Shown here: piece after piece, positions 40,358 through 53,619 of the stretch
How positions within the stretch are numbered: position 1 is the stretch's first letter
How the letters are laid out: every line of letters begins with the position of its first letter
Assembly (NCBI RefSeq): GCF_004010195.1
Contig: NC_057724.1
Coordinates: 53,891,520-53,955,519, forward strand
Length of the DNA: 64,000 nt
Direction of reading: 5' to 3'
Origin: Chiloscyllium plagiosum
Taxonomy: Eukaryota
The notes under the pieces: model-generated
What the model was told of the DNA's origin: nothing
Databases searched by the model: none
What the model saw: only the letters and a program-made list of their open reading frames with translations
Translations under genes and position numbers: made by a program

Positions 40358-40393
40358 ATTCCTGAAGAAGGGCCTGTGCCCGAAACGTCGAAT
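40358..40393 (+). ncRNA. Minimal type I hammerhead ribozyme motif (GUC site)
   Basis: AUUC-CUGAAGA-A-GGGC-CUGU-GCCC-GAAAC-GUC-GAAU; helices I and II pair perfectly. Confidence 0.8.
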
Positions 40394-40738
40394 CTCCTGT
40401 TCCCTGGATGCTGCCTGACCTGCTGCGCTGTTCCAGCAATAAGGTTTCAACACACACAAAGACCCACATGCACACATATACAAATACATTTGTGGGGTGA
40501 ATTTGTACTTGCAGAGTTATATTGTACTTTGCTCAAAAACTGCATGAATTCATGTAAGACTCTGTTATCTCACTTTTTAGATTAGAATCAGTCTAAACAT
40601 TATGACACAAGCAAAGAACACAGGGGGCTAACACCTTCAACATATTGTCAAGGTATTTTTCAATGTATAATTTCAGTTACATCACACTGTAAATTTTTTG
40701 CTATAAATTCTGTGCCTTACAATTGTGTCCTCCACAAC

Positions 40739-40773
40739 CACCTGATGAAGGAGCGGCACTCCGAAAGCTAGTG
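40739..40773 (+). ncRNA. Minimal type I hammerhead ribozyme motif (CUA site)
   Basis: CAC-CUGAUGA-A-GGAG-CGGCA-CUCC-GAAAG-CUA-GUG. Confidence 0.75.
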
Positions 40774-41944
40774 CTTCCAATTATACCTGTTGGACTATAA
40801 TCTGGTGTTGTGTGATTTTTAACTGTGAACCAGATATGTCTTTACAACAATTGTCAGTGAATATGCCATCACCTTTAAATTCCAGATTTTGTTTTAAAAT
40901 TCAAATTTCAACGTTTGCCATGGTCAATTCAAACTCATGTCCCCAGATCATTAGCCTGGGCTTTCTAGTTTGCCAGTCCAGTGATATTACCAATACACCA
41001 CTCCAAATTGAAGAATTTCAGTACCTATAGCTTGAATGTTTTGAATTCCATGTTAATTTATATATCTTTAAAATATAGCAAACAATCCAAAATCAAAACT
41101 TCTGAAAGATTGACTCAACAGGTACCATTGTATTAGTTATCTCAAAATGTCACCGAAATATTTTGAACAACTCCAGGAACATTTGTAAGCCATTAATTAT
41201 GTTGCATAAGAAAGGAAACACAGAGATTTATATGGGAAACATGTGGTTTGCACAGTTGGTGAGTCACATTTATGTAGTTTCTTTGGTCCTTTGAGATACT
41301 ATATAAATCAATATCACATATTGCACAAAATGCACAGCAGGTTTAAAGATAAAGATTGATTAATGTTTGTGTGGAAATATATGCCAATTCTGGCATCTCA
41401 TGCCAAACATTTTTTTTTGAGTGTGATTGAAATGTATACTTCGAGAATATTATTTGAGTCAATATTTACCTTTTCTCTTTTAATCAATACCAAGTATATA
41501 TCAAATTCCATCATCAGCTCATAATCTAGAACACTTAAATACCATATTATGTACTACCAGCCTTAGCACTCTGAACCCACTTTTTGATCGATTCACAGCT
41601 TCTGCAATCAGTACTGTACACAATCTGTGTGTGAAACCATTTGAGAGTGTAAATTAAACTAGGGTTTAGTTTCTACTTTGGACATAAATGGCAAAGTAGC
41701 CACAAATTTAAAAAGCAATTGCACTCATTTGACAAAAGTTTTATTGTGTTGACTTTTATTTCAAACATTTTCGCATATCAGATTGGAAAATCAGCATAAT
41801 TGGACAACATTTTAAAACCTCGGTTCTTAAAAAATGTGTTTTGCATGAAGAAAATCCTTGACAGCTTAAAAGGTTACGGTAATGTGGTGCAATTTGATTA
41901 ATACAGCTAAAGTGTTTTAATTACCAAATAGTGAATATTTAATC

Positions 41945-42250
41945 ACAAAGTCAATCCAGAACCAGGGGACACAGTCTAAGGATATAGGATAGGCTGTTCA
42001 GGACAGAAATGAGAAGGAATTTCTTTACTCACGCAGGGGTGAGTCTGTGGAATTCTCTGCCACAGAAAGCAATTGAATATTTTTAAGAAGGAGTTAAATA
42101 CGTTTCTTGGAGCTAAAGAAATCAAAGGGAATAAGGAGAAAGTTGGATCAGGGTACTGAGTTGGATGATCAGCCATGATCACATTGAATGGTAGAGTCGG
42201 TCTGAAGAGCCAAATATCCTCCTCCTGCTCCTATTTTCTGTTTTCTACTT
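41945..42250 (+). mobile_element. CR1 LINE 3' end
   Basis: gagaaggaatttcttt..ctgtggaattctctgcc..gatcagccatgatc..cctgctcctattt. Confidence 0.75.
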
Positions 42251-43182
42251 CACTCGCTGTTAAACTCGCATTTACTGAAAATGACTTAAAAAGTAATCAG
42301 AATCATTTGCTCATTATAATGTTGTCCATCTCTAAGTAAACAGAAGTAATTAAAATACTTTTAAAATGGTCTGAGCAGTGTCCTTGCGCCCAGCTTAAAC
42401 ATTTGGGGCTCTTGATGCTCTGCAGTGCAATTAGCAGAATCTCCAAATAGTGATTCATTCATCTTGGAGCTGTGGACAATCTTGTCCGTGAGGATGGCTT
42501 TCAGCACAACATTTTTAAAGTTATGTGAAAGACCCAATAACTCAATGGGCACTCTACATGATATGCACTTAAACTTCAGTGTTCTCTCTGTGAGAGCTTC
42601 ACACAGTACAAGAGTATTACACTGAAAGAACCGGTTTAGCAGAGTGGAAACTCTGCCCTATTAACAGTAGACAGATGGATTTTAGCTGTGCAAGGTGCCT
42701 TGCATGGTTTACCTCTATGTGTTCTATAACATTCTGATATAGAATTTAGGAAAGATTATCAGTAGTGAAGAATGATCCTTTCCTTACCTCTAAACTTCAA
42801 ATTCTCTCCATCTCAAACATTCTTATAAATATCACTGTGGTAATGTGAACTTTCCTATCTGTTCCTCTTAAATTTTAAATGCATCGTATTTGCATTCCCC
42901 CTTCCTTCCAACATCACATTTTTGAAATTAAGATGCATTGAGTTGTCCAATATTCTAAATCATTTTCTTCTCAGAAATTCAAGGTTAACAAACTCCATCC
43001 AAACTGCGTATCAACTAATCATATAAGTCAACTGGATATGGGCAGGATGAATTTTAATGCCCGTGTTTGTTTGTCCACATTTTTGGAAGGAAAGAAATGT
43101 CACATCCACCTCCAATCCATTGATGGGCTGGCTCCTGTTCTCGGGAATGAAAGGCCACAGCGGGTGAACTTCCTATGATACC

Positions 43183-43910
43183 ATAGAGTCATAAACATGT
43201 ACAGCACGGAAACGGACCTTTCAGTCCAACTCGTCCATGCTGACGAGATATCCTAAATTAATTTTGTCTCATTTGCCAGCATTTGGCCCATTTCCCTCTA
43301 AACTCTTCCTATTCGTGTAACCACTCAGATGTCTTTTAAATATTGTAATTATACCAGCCTCCACCACTTCCTCTGGCAGTTCATTCCATACACGCACCAC
43401 TCTCTGTGTGAAAAGTTGCCCCTTAGATCCCTTTTATATCTTTCCCCTCTCACCTTAGAATTATGCCTGGGAAAAAAATGTTGGCAACTCACCCTATCCA
43501 AGCCCTTCATGATTTTATAAACCTTTATAAGATGACCCCCCAACCTCCACCACTCCAGGGAAAGTAGCCCAGCCTATTCAGCCTCTCCCTGAGGCTCAAA
43601 TTCTCCTATCCTGGCAAATTCCTTGTAAATTTGTTCTGCATCATTTCAAGTTTAACATCTTTCCTGTGGCAGGGAGACCAGGACTGAACACAGTATTCCA
43701 AAAGTGGCTTAACCAATGTCCTGTATAGTCACAACATGAAATCCCAACTCCTATACTCAATGCACTGACCAATAAAGGCAAGTGTACTAAACACCTTCTT
43801 CAATATCCTGCCTACTTGTAATTCCAACTTCAAGGAACTATGAACCTGCTCCTCAAGGTCTCTTTGTTCAGCAACTCTCCCCAGAACCCTACCATGAGGC
43901 ACCTTGGTGA
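43183..43910 (-). mobile_element. HER1/CR1 LINE 3' fragment
   Basis: GHLIKVYKIMKGLDRV; AEQRDL..VHSSLK. Confidence 0.88.
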
Positions 43911-44734
43911 GAACAAAAATTCCCACAGTAGAATTCCAAGGTGTTTTTAAAGAAGAAATGAATTAGCCAAGTCACTGAGACAAGGATATAAAACAATTTT
44001 GAAACCATTTACAAACTAGTTTTAATAACCGAGCTCCAATCGCCCTATGTCACTATGACTCGAAGATCTTTTTCTCATGACTGTTTGTGAAACTGTTATT
44101 CATCCTCCGTTCAGAAACTTCTGTCACACGCACAAGTTTACAGGTACCTTTTAATGATAGTATGCATTTTATTGTGATTTTTTTGCAAACATTGAGCAAT
44201 CATACTGATAAAGAAATTGAATACAATTGGAGTTTTTTTTTCCCTTGAAGATTGATGGTGTTATGGAACAATATTGATCTCATTATAAACCAAGAACAGG
44301 GGAGTTCACATCAGAAAATTACTTGATAGTTAAGGATGGACTAAACTGATTATTTTCTATAGACATGACGGTACTTAGTTTCTGACTTCAGTGCAGAGAG
44401 TCATTTAATTATTAGTTGTAAAAGGCAGCCTGTGCAAGCCAGCAAAAAGAACTTTGTCTCTTGATTCTTAAACTAAGCTCAAATTAAACTGGTTCTTGCC
44501 ATTTACACTAAGCACTTTTTGTGGGTCAGCACCTAATGTAAGATCAGTCTGCAGTGCCTGCAAGCAGTTCTATTTAAGATGGGATACAGTTTTCTACAAA
44601 AGGTAGAAAGTGAGGGCAAAAGACTTTCAGTCACTTGACTTTAAGAAATTGATCAAAGCATGTTTTGTATACCTTTGTCGACTCTGCAGAACTTTTGCTA
44701 TCAGTTACCAGAGATAATTACATTTTAAGAATGT

Positions 44735-46025
44735 CAGAACATAAGAAATAGGAACAGGAGTAGGCTATTCAGACCCTCAAACCTACCCTGACGTCCTAAT
44801 AAGATTTTGGCTGATTTGTCCAGCTTCAGCTCCAGTTTCATGCCAACACCTCATAACCCTCACCTCCTTGATAATTCTAAAATCCACCTATCTCTTCTTT
44901 GAATACATTCAGTGATCTAATTTCCAGAACTCCCTGGAGTACAAAATTCCAGACCTTCACTTTTCTTTGAGAGAAAAAAGTTGCTTCACACCCCAGATTT
45001 AAATAATGCCTCTTATTTTGTATCTGTATCCCCTAGTTTGATATTCCCAAACTAGTGGAAATATCTTCAAAATCCACCCTGTCAACCTTCTTCAGAATCT
45101 TGTATGTTTCAATAAGATCAACCCTCACATTCTCCTAAATCGTTATGAACATAGAACCAATCTGTTTAGCTATTCTTGATTAATCAAGCCTTTCTTTCTG
45201 GAAATCAGCTTCATAACTTTCTTTTCAGCTGCTTCCAAGGCCAGTAAATCCTTTTCAAATACAGGGACCAAAACTGTACACAGTACTCCAAGTGCAACCT
45301 CACCAACACTCTGTACAGTTATATCAAGAATTCTCTCTTTTTTTTTAAATCTAACCCCTACCAGTAAAGGTCAGAATTCCATTTCCCTTCTTAATTATTT
45401 ACTGCATCTGCAGCTAACATTTTGTGTTTCCAAATCCCTCCGTGCTGTATCTTTTTGGAATTAATCATCTGCCTTTGATTCTTCTTACCACAGTACATCA
45501 CCTCATACTTTCCTATGTTAAACTCCACCTACCACGTTTTTGTCCTCTTATGTAACCTACCTACACCCGCTTGCAGATTTATTCTGTCATAACATGTCCA
45601 CCCACTTATTTTTTGAATCATCAAAAAATTTGGATACATTACACTCTGCCTCCTTCACATTAATATGGATCATAAATAATTACTGCCCTCGGATTGATCC
45701 TTGTATTATTCCAATTTCCCACCTGAAAAATATCCATTAATCCTGACTGTCTGTCTTTTGTGTGTTAACTAATCCACAATCTATGTTAACACATTATCCC
45801 AAATACTATGAATGATCTTGTGCAATAACCTCTTATGTGGCTCTTATTGAATGAATTCTGGAAATCCAAGTACATATACTGACTTTCCTTTGTCAATTCT
45901 GCCTGTTATATCCTCAAAACACTCCACAAATTTGTCGAGCATGTGTTCCCCTTCTCAAAACCATGTTAGCTCTGTTTGGTTGTGTTAAGTATTTTTTAAA
46001 TGCCCTGCTATTTTCTCTTTAATCA
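44735..46025 (-). mobile_element. Older CR1 LINE fragment
   Basis: Reverse tail agaacataagaaataggaacaggagtaggc; cagggaccaaaactgtacacagtactcca. Confidence 0.8.
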
Positions 46026-46340
46026 TGGACTTTAGCATTTTAACTTAACCAACTTGTGTTGGTTTAAATACGATGCATTTAAGCTTGACACTCTGTTTAT
46101 GTTTATCCTTATTCCACGTGCTCCATCATTGGTGGCTACACCTTTAGACCCGAAGCTTTGCAAGTGTCTCCCTAAGCCTTCCTGCTTTACCACCAATATC
46201 TCATAACAGAAGGCATGCTCTCAAACATATCTCTTTGGCAAAGAATTTTGGTTGTCAATCCTACAGGCATCCTCATAGGATATTATGTCAACTTTGTTTT
46301 AAAAATGTTCATGTTAAGGCCTTTGGTTAATGTTAATTAA

Positions 46341-46645
46341 GATTACTTTACAGTGTGGAAACAGGCCCTTCGGCCCAACAAGTCCACACCAACCCGCCGA
46401 AGCGTAACCCACCCATACCCCTACATTTACCCCTTACCTAACACTACGGGCAATTTAGCATGGCCAATTCACCTGACCTGCACATCTTTGGACTGTGGGA
46501 GGAAACCGGAGCACCCGGAGGAAACCCACGCAGACACGGGGAGAACGTGCAAACTCCACACAGTCAGTCGCCTGAGGCGGGAATTGAACCCGGGTCTCTG
46601 GCGCTGCGAGGCAGCAGTGCTAACCACTGTGCCACCGTGCCGCCC
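46341..46645 (-). mobile_element. Young HE1-type SINE
   Basis: CpG-rich, intact B box (GGTTCAATTCC), flanked by AATTAA direct repeats. Confidence 0.93.
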
Positions 46646-47204
46646 AATTAATGTTGAGGTTTTACTATCTTCAATGTGCTTTATTAATGGATGTTTTACA
46701 AAGTAATTACACCCTTTTTATTCAATCCTTCTGTGGGGCATACTCCACTAAATTTGGCCAATCTATTTACTGACTTAAGCAAACTATCTTTTAAAAGAAT
46801 GAATATAATAGCAGGTTACACACTTTGCATAATGATAACATCGCACAGATGGTGGGGTGTTTCTGTCTGCCTCAATGTTGAAAAGATCTTTGAAGGTATT
46901 CAAATGATCAGAATGAAGTACAACATTTCCTCTATCCAGTTATTTGTTGTCCTCAATTTTGAAGGCAATGACCCCTAGCTTGTTACAAATGATGCAGTTC
47001 TTGGCAGCCAAAAATGCCATTCTTCACATATGAACCTTGTCAATATGTCATTCTCACCATTGGTAACATGAGAATTTAGCCTGGTTTAGTTTCTGTCCAT
47101 TATTCACACAGAAACTTCAAGTAATTGGCATTAGATAGATGTCCTTTTTGTGCAGAAGGGAGGTGTTAGATGGGAATTGCCTCCTGTGCAATGATTGCCA
47201 AATT

Positions 47205-49320
47205 GTAGAATCATAGAAGCATACGCTTCGGAAGGGACCCTTCTATCAAGTAGACAAAAACTACTCCAAACTTACACTAGTCACACCTTGCAGAATTTGG
47301 CACATAGTCCTGAATGTTATGACATTTCAAGTGCTCATCCAAGGACTTTTTAGTAGGCTTCCAACTGAACCACCCTCCCAGGCAATGCACTCCCACCAAC
47401 CTCTGGGTAAAACAAAAATCCTCAAATCACTTCTAAGACTCCAGCTATTTGCTTTAAATTTATGCCTGCTTGTTATTGACTCTTCATCTTGGGGTAGGGG
47501 GTAGCAGCTACTTCCTATCCACCCTCTCCATGCCCCTCATAATCTTATACACCTCAATAAGGGCCCCACTCAGCCCCCACTGTGCTAAACAACAACAACC
47601 AGAGCTTATCCGGCCTCTCTTCAGAGGTAAACAGCTCCACACCAGGCAAATCCGGTGAATTTCTTCTGCCCCTCTGCAGTCCAATCACATTCTTCTTATA
47701 GAGTGGTGACCAGAACTGCACACAGCGTACTAGCTGTGGCCAAACCAAAGTTTTGTACAGCTCCAACATAATCTCCCTGTTCTTTTTGTCTATGTGTCAA
47801 ATAATAATTTTAAGTATCCTATGTGCCTTCTTAAATAATCTATTAATCTGCCTGTCACCTTCATGCATCCCTCTGTTCCTCTGAACTTCCTAACATCCTG
47901 CCATTCACTGAGTAGAGTTATTCAATGTTATTTCTCCCAAAGTGCAACACTTCACAATCATTAGGATTAGATTCCATCTGCCTCTGATCTCCCATCTGAC
48001 CAATCTTTTCATATCCACATAGAGTCAGAGTCAGAGTCATAGAGGCATACAGCAAAGAAAAAGGCCCTTTGAACCATTAATTCTACACCAGACAAAAACA
48101 ACACCAAACCATTCTAATCCCATTTTCCAGCATTTGGCACAGAGCCATGTATACTGTGGCATTGCAGGAGTAACATCAAAATATCTCTTAAATATGATGA
48201 GGGTTTCTGCCTTTACCACTCTTACAGGCAGTGAGTTCCAGATCCCCACCACCTTCCTGTAACGTAAGACCACCTCCTTCACTGTCAATCAGCTGACCAA
48301 CTTTTATGCCATCCACAAACTTACTTATCATAAATCTACCATTCTATTTTTATTCATATCACAAACAATAAGAGAACAACACTGATCTGTATGCTACATC
48401 ATTGGGCTGCTGTCATACAAACAGCCTTTCTCTACCACCTCCTATCTACTATCAGCAAGCCAATTTTGGATCCAACTTGCCAAGTTACCTGGAATCCTAG
48501 GCACTTTTTACCTTCTTTATCATCTACACACCTGGTCATCTAAAAAAAAATCTAATTTGTAAATTAGAACTCCCTTTGACAAAGCTATGCTGACTGTCTC
48601 TGATCAAACCTTCAAATAGAGATTAATTCTTTCCTTCAGAATTTTCTCCAGTAGTACCCCACCACTGATGTAAGACTCACTGATCTGTAATTCTTTGGTT
48701 TATCTCTTCCACCCTTGATGAAAAGTAGAACCACATTAGCTGTCCTCTAAATCTCTGGCACCTTCCCTGTGGCCAGAGAGGAATTGAAATTTTGGATCGG
48801 AAACACTATAATTTTCTCCCTCACCTCCCGCAGCAACTTGGGATATAACTCATCCAGACCTGGGGATTTGTCTACTTTTAAGTCTGCCAAAACCTTCAAT
48901 AACTATTCACTCACTATGTAAAGCTACTCAAGACCTTCACATCTTGCTTCCCAAATTCTGTACTTGCATCCTCCTTCACCAGTGTGAAGACAGATGTGAA
49001 GTACTCATTTAATACCTTGTCAATGTCCTCCAGCTTCACTTGCAGATTGGTCTCTAATAGACGCTACTCTTTCCCTGGCTATCCTCTTTCCGCTGGATAT
49101 ATTTGTAGAATATTTTGGGATTCTCACTAATGTTACCTGCCAGTGTTTTCTCATACCCCCTCTTTACACTCCTAACTGTTTTCTTAAGCCTCTCCCCCCA
49201 CCCCATGTTTCACACACCACTCAGATTCTGTTGATTTGTTCCCTTTGTATTTGTTAGAAGCTTCTCTTTTCCTTCTTATCTAGTCCTGAATATTCTTAGA
49301 CATCTAGAGTTCTCTGAGCT
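47205..49320 (-). mobile_element. CR1 LINE fragment with a nested second CR1 3' end (~48018-48260)
   Basis: MLELYKTLVWPQLVRCVQFWSP; VVGIWNSLPVRVV. Confidence 0.82.
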
Positions 49321-49528
49321 GGTTTCTGACTGCAAATCACCCTTTTCTCATACATCTACTTTCACTGAACTTTTAAAATATCCCACAAAAGTGCATCAAC
49401 TTGGCAGGATCTCTGCCATCCAATTGTGTCTTCCATTAACATAAGACATGACATCAATTTTATTGACATTTCAAAGAGTGCATTTCCTGTATTCATCTAA
49501 TGTGTGAAACCTCTTTCTGTTGTTTTAG

Positions 49529-49637
49529 ACTGTAAGCACTCTAACTGTGGCTGAAGCCAAGGTGTCAGGGATTTACTACTGCATTGCTACAAATGATTAT
49601 GGTGAAGACCACAAAAGAATTAACTTTTACATCACAG
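49529..49637 (+). CDS. kdrl: VEGFR exon ~12, Ig5 end (TVSTLTVAEAKVSGIYYCIATNDYGEDHKRINFYIT)
   Basis: tgttttag| acceptor, G|gtaaga donor, 109 nt, phase 0 to 1; absent from the ORF track. Confidence 0.93.
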
Positions 49638-49712
49638 GTAAGAACTTATCCATTATCCAAAAGCCTTGATTCAATTCAATCTATTTGCCAGCTTGTTAAT
49701 ATTTTGCGCAGG

Positions 49713-49841
49713 GCAAAGAACTGCAGGTGCTGAAAATCTGAAACAAAAACAGAAATTGCTGGAGAAACTCAGCAGGTCTGGCAGCATCTGTGGGAAGAAA
49801 GCAATGTTAACATTTCAAGTCCGGTAACTCTTCATCAGAAC
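49713..49841 (-). mobile_element. Penelope-derived terminal fragment with decayed hammerhead
   Basis: Minus strand GTT-CTGATGA-AGAGT..GACTT-GAAAT-GTT-AAC followed by cagacctgctgagtttctccagc. Confidence 0.65.
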
Positions 49842-52800
49842 ATCAATCAGTCATGACTTTCTTGCACTGTTGGCAATACACAAATGTTAGATCAAAAAGT
49901 TTTAAAATGAACAGATTACTTCTGAGACACAGGGCCAGAGTGAGTTGGAAACATTGCAACTCACCAGATCTTTCAGAGTAAGAAATGGCCTGCATCACAA
50001 GATTATCACTTCTGGGGTAGTTCAGGATGAAGTCAGGCAAAATCCAGAAGTAGATGTTAGGAAGGCACAAGGAAGGGGAGACAAGTTACATGGCCTTCCT
50101 CAATATTGTGCAAATTTGTCCAGTTGTTTTATAAGATTTTAGACCATCAATTCCTCATCTCTCACATCCCCTCATCCCCCATACACACATATCCCATGAC
50201 TCTCACATACTCTATGACAAATCAGTTCAAACTTATGCCCCTTTCTATGGCCCCATGCTAGCTCACCTAATATCTACCATGGTAAGATCTCAGGATTTAT
50301 ATAGATGAAAAAAAAATACATGTCCAAAAATCTAAACTACTCTGACTCACACACAGTCAGTAGTGGAATAAACTCCTATTCTTAAAAACATAAAATATGC
50401 TCACAGGGCAATCACTTATAAGCAAACGTCTCTTTAAACATCAACTCTTTTAACAGTTTCTTTAAGCTGTTCATGTGAACAGTTTAAAGAAGCTGTCCCT
50501 TTTGAAACCAGCCAGGCATTCACAATTAATAGGGAGATATTAATAAAAAATTGCATTAAAATTTCACAAAAAGATGTTCCACCAACTGGATTGTCAATCG
50601 AAGTATTTCCACAGGGCTATTTTTACATCCCTGGCAGCTTTTAGTTTGACAATTTAAAGAGCACGAGTTTTGAAAACATTAGCTTAGGGAGATTAAATGG
50701 ACTTTGTCCACCCATTTAGATTATTTATGTCTACACAATCCTTTTGCAAATTCCGCACTGCAGATTACGACCCTTATAACAGCAAAAAAGTGCATTCTAT
50801 ATGAACTTAACATGAAGCTTAAATGGTCCTGGTGAATTTGGGTACCCTCCCATGTGTTTCACACCTTGCCCACTCTCCTCTACTGACCAATGTTAGAAAC
50901 GAGAGTTGCACATCCGGGCACTGCCAGACATTGAATGTCCACAGAGCACTCACAATCCCATGAAAACCTGGCCCATAATTGTCTTGTCTCTGCTCCTGAA
51001 AGCCACATGACAAATTAACTGCTTCACACAGCTTCAATTAACTCTTTAGACTAAAAATTATTTTGTGATGCCACTACAGTGGATATGCCTAACACAACCA
51101 GCAAGTTGGAAGACAGCCAATGTTCTGCAGGCATGTATTGTGGCTTTACAAGCAGAAAGATCTATCAGTTTAGAAAGCAACTAGGGCTTAGAAATATGCG
51201 GGAAATGTGAGAGATTTTCAGAAAACAGAGTAATTCTTGAAATTAGTTTAGCACAATCAATCACTAAATCTGCCTGCTTCTTGGCTACATTGTGTTCTTA
51301 TATAGATTTTCTGAAAATCACAAGATTTCCAGATAAATATGAATGAGGAATTTCTTGCCAGCATACCTAATTAGAGATATTTTGCAATCCCCTCCCATGA
51401 CAGCATTCATCTCTTCGATGTACCCTTGATATTTGCCTCTACCACTACCCTACAAAGTTCTTTCCTCATTCTGATAATCTTCAGCACGAAGTAAAATTTT
51501 GGAACAAGTGTTATGACTACTTTGACTAATTTTAACATGACTCCTGTTCTCCTACTTCCAAAATGTTAATGAATATTATACTTCTATATATCTTGCTACC
51601 TCGTGCCAATCATGTTTCCTTTCATGGATAAAAAGCCCAAGCCTCTCCATAATACAGACAACCTGTACCAGAGAACCAGCTGTGTTTTTACTAGTCAGTA
51701 GCTGCTTTGGAGAATATTCTCTCACCACTCCCCCCGTGTTTCAAAGTGACTAATGTTTTCACTCATATGTTTACCAGCCTCAGGTATTTCAGATAGTCAG
51801 ACTGATAGTCAGGTGGCCCTATTTGTAGTATGGTCCTTTAAAATGTTTCATTTTTGCTCGAAATAGAAAATATGGGAAGCATTAATTTTCTATTCCAATT
51901 TCTGTTTAGCACACATGCTTTTTGAACACTAATTGGGCCACACTTTTTTAAGCAACAATTGTTTTGGCTTGTATCCTAAGAAATGCATCACTAATGGGGT
52001 TGTTTAGGGAAAGTGTAACAAATACAGGCTTTTATGAGTACTCTGCTAATAAGGCACAACTGTTTGAAAGTTTAGCTTTATTTCAAAGTTTTGGAGCTAT
52101 TTGCATGATTATCAGAAGGAATGCTGCAGGGGTCAGAGGTGCAATAGAATAGAAAAGCAATCTTGCTCCACCTGGCCCATTAGGAATGTTCCAAAAAGCA
52201 TCTCTCTCTCTGCAGGATTTCCCAAGACCTGCTCAGAACAGCCAGCAGCTGATAAATATAAATGAGGCTACCAACCGCACCATTTAATAGTAGTGCATTA
52301 TCCTGATGAAGCATGCAGCTTGCCAATATCAAAATAGCAGAAGGCATATCAGAAGCAGATTGGGGGCAAATTCACTGATTTAAAACATTTTTAACCATCT
52401 TTCAATCCTATTACAACCATTAAGCTTTGGGGTGCAGAGGTCAATGCACATTTAATACTCATTTATACACATTGTCCTTGCCACACTATAAAAACAGGAA
52501 TTTCATCCTGTCTGCCCTGGTTGATGGGAGTAAGTTTTTGTTTGGTAGGTGCCCTCCCCATTCTCAAACATCCTGTGCACGCCTATGCCCCATATAAAGA
52601 TTATTTATTGTTCATATATTTAAAACAACATTTGAAATGGTATTTTCAATTGAATCAAAACTGTCTTCAGACTTGTGGGATTTCCTATTATACAATTCTG
52701 TGACATAGTCCTTTACAGGCTTAAAGAGATTGACTTCTCTGCTGATGTGTTCCATTGTTATCCTGTTGGACACTGTTCAAAAACGTTATTTGCAAAGCAA

Positions 52801-53619
52801 GATAGTGACTGGCATTGTAATTGAGAAATTCTACTTTCTGTTGCTGGTTCTAATTTTATTCTTCTATATGAGGAATTGCAGTATTTTTCCAAGGTAGTAC
52901 TGTTAGGTATCTTAAACTTCAGATCCTGATCAGACCTGAAAAGGACTACTCAACTGAATTAATGCTAATCTGCTTCCTTTGCATGAAAAATCCAAAGCAA
53001 GTAACCCCCTCACTTTCAACATTAAACTATTCAAGCCAGGAAGTTCCAGATTCAGTTCTTGAATTGTGTTACATTAGCTGGACTTGGGGAACAGCTGAGA
53101 TGCTGCAAATTGTTCATGAATCAAGAGATGGTGAAAGAGAAAAATAGGATTGAAAGGTCCCGTGACCTATCATAATCCAGTAACCAATTTTGGAAAATAA
53201 CAGTCAAATGGATGAGGCATAATTGTCAGCATGATGAAGCAGCCTATTTTTGTTTAGTTTGGATGCTTTACTAACACCTTTAGAACCATAGCCTTAAAAA
53301 AGGCAACAACCTAAGGACTGAACATTGGCAAAGAAAAATAATATAAAAAAGATTTGTTTGCATTTAGCTTTTCTTTTCCTATTCTGAATTATCTCTACAT
53401 AAACCAGGAAGTTAGATTTGAAGAAAATAATCAGAAAGAAACTGATAGAAGCCTATTTGTCCATCACAATCTGAGAGCTTTGAGGTTGTAATATAAATGT
53501 AAACACAATCCAAAGGCATGCCACAAAGACCATAAATAATATTTTCCACATTAAGTACACACATGTGAAGATACATCCTTAATTATATTTTGAGCAGCAA
53601 ATCACATTGCCCCCAAATA

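Larger units (their letters stand above)
38641..40823. mobile_element. Composite Penelope-derived insertion with inverted termini
   Basis: ~38675-39150 and ~40450-40823 are inverted copies; 15-bp TSD at 38626-38640 and 40824-40838. Confidence 0.8.
38395..41010 (-). mobile_element. SacSINE1-like SINE split by the 38641-40823 insertion
   Basis: SINE halves at ~38395-38640 and ~40824-41010 are colinear across the duplicated TGTGAACCAGATATG. Confidence 0.65.
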
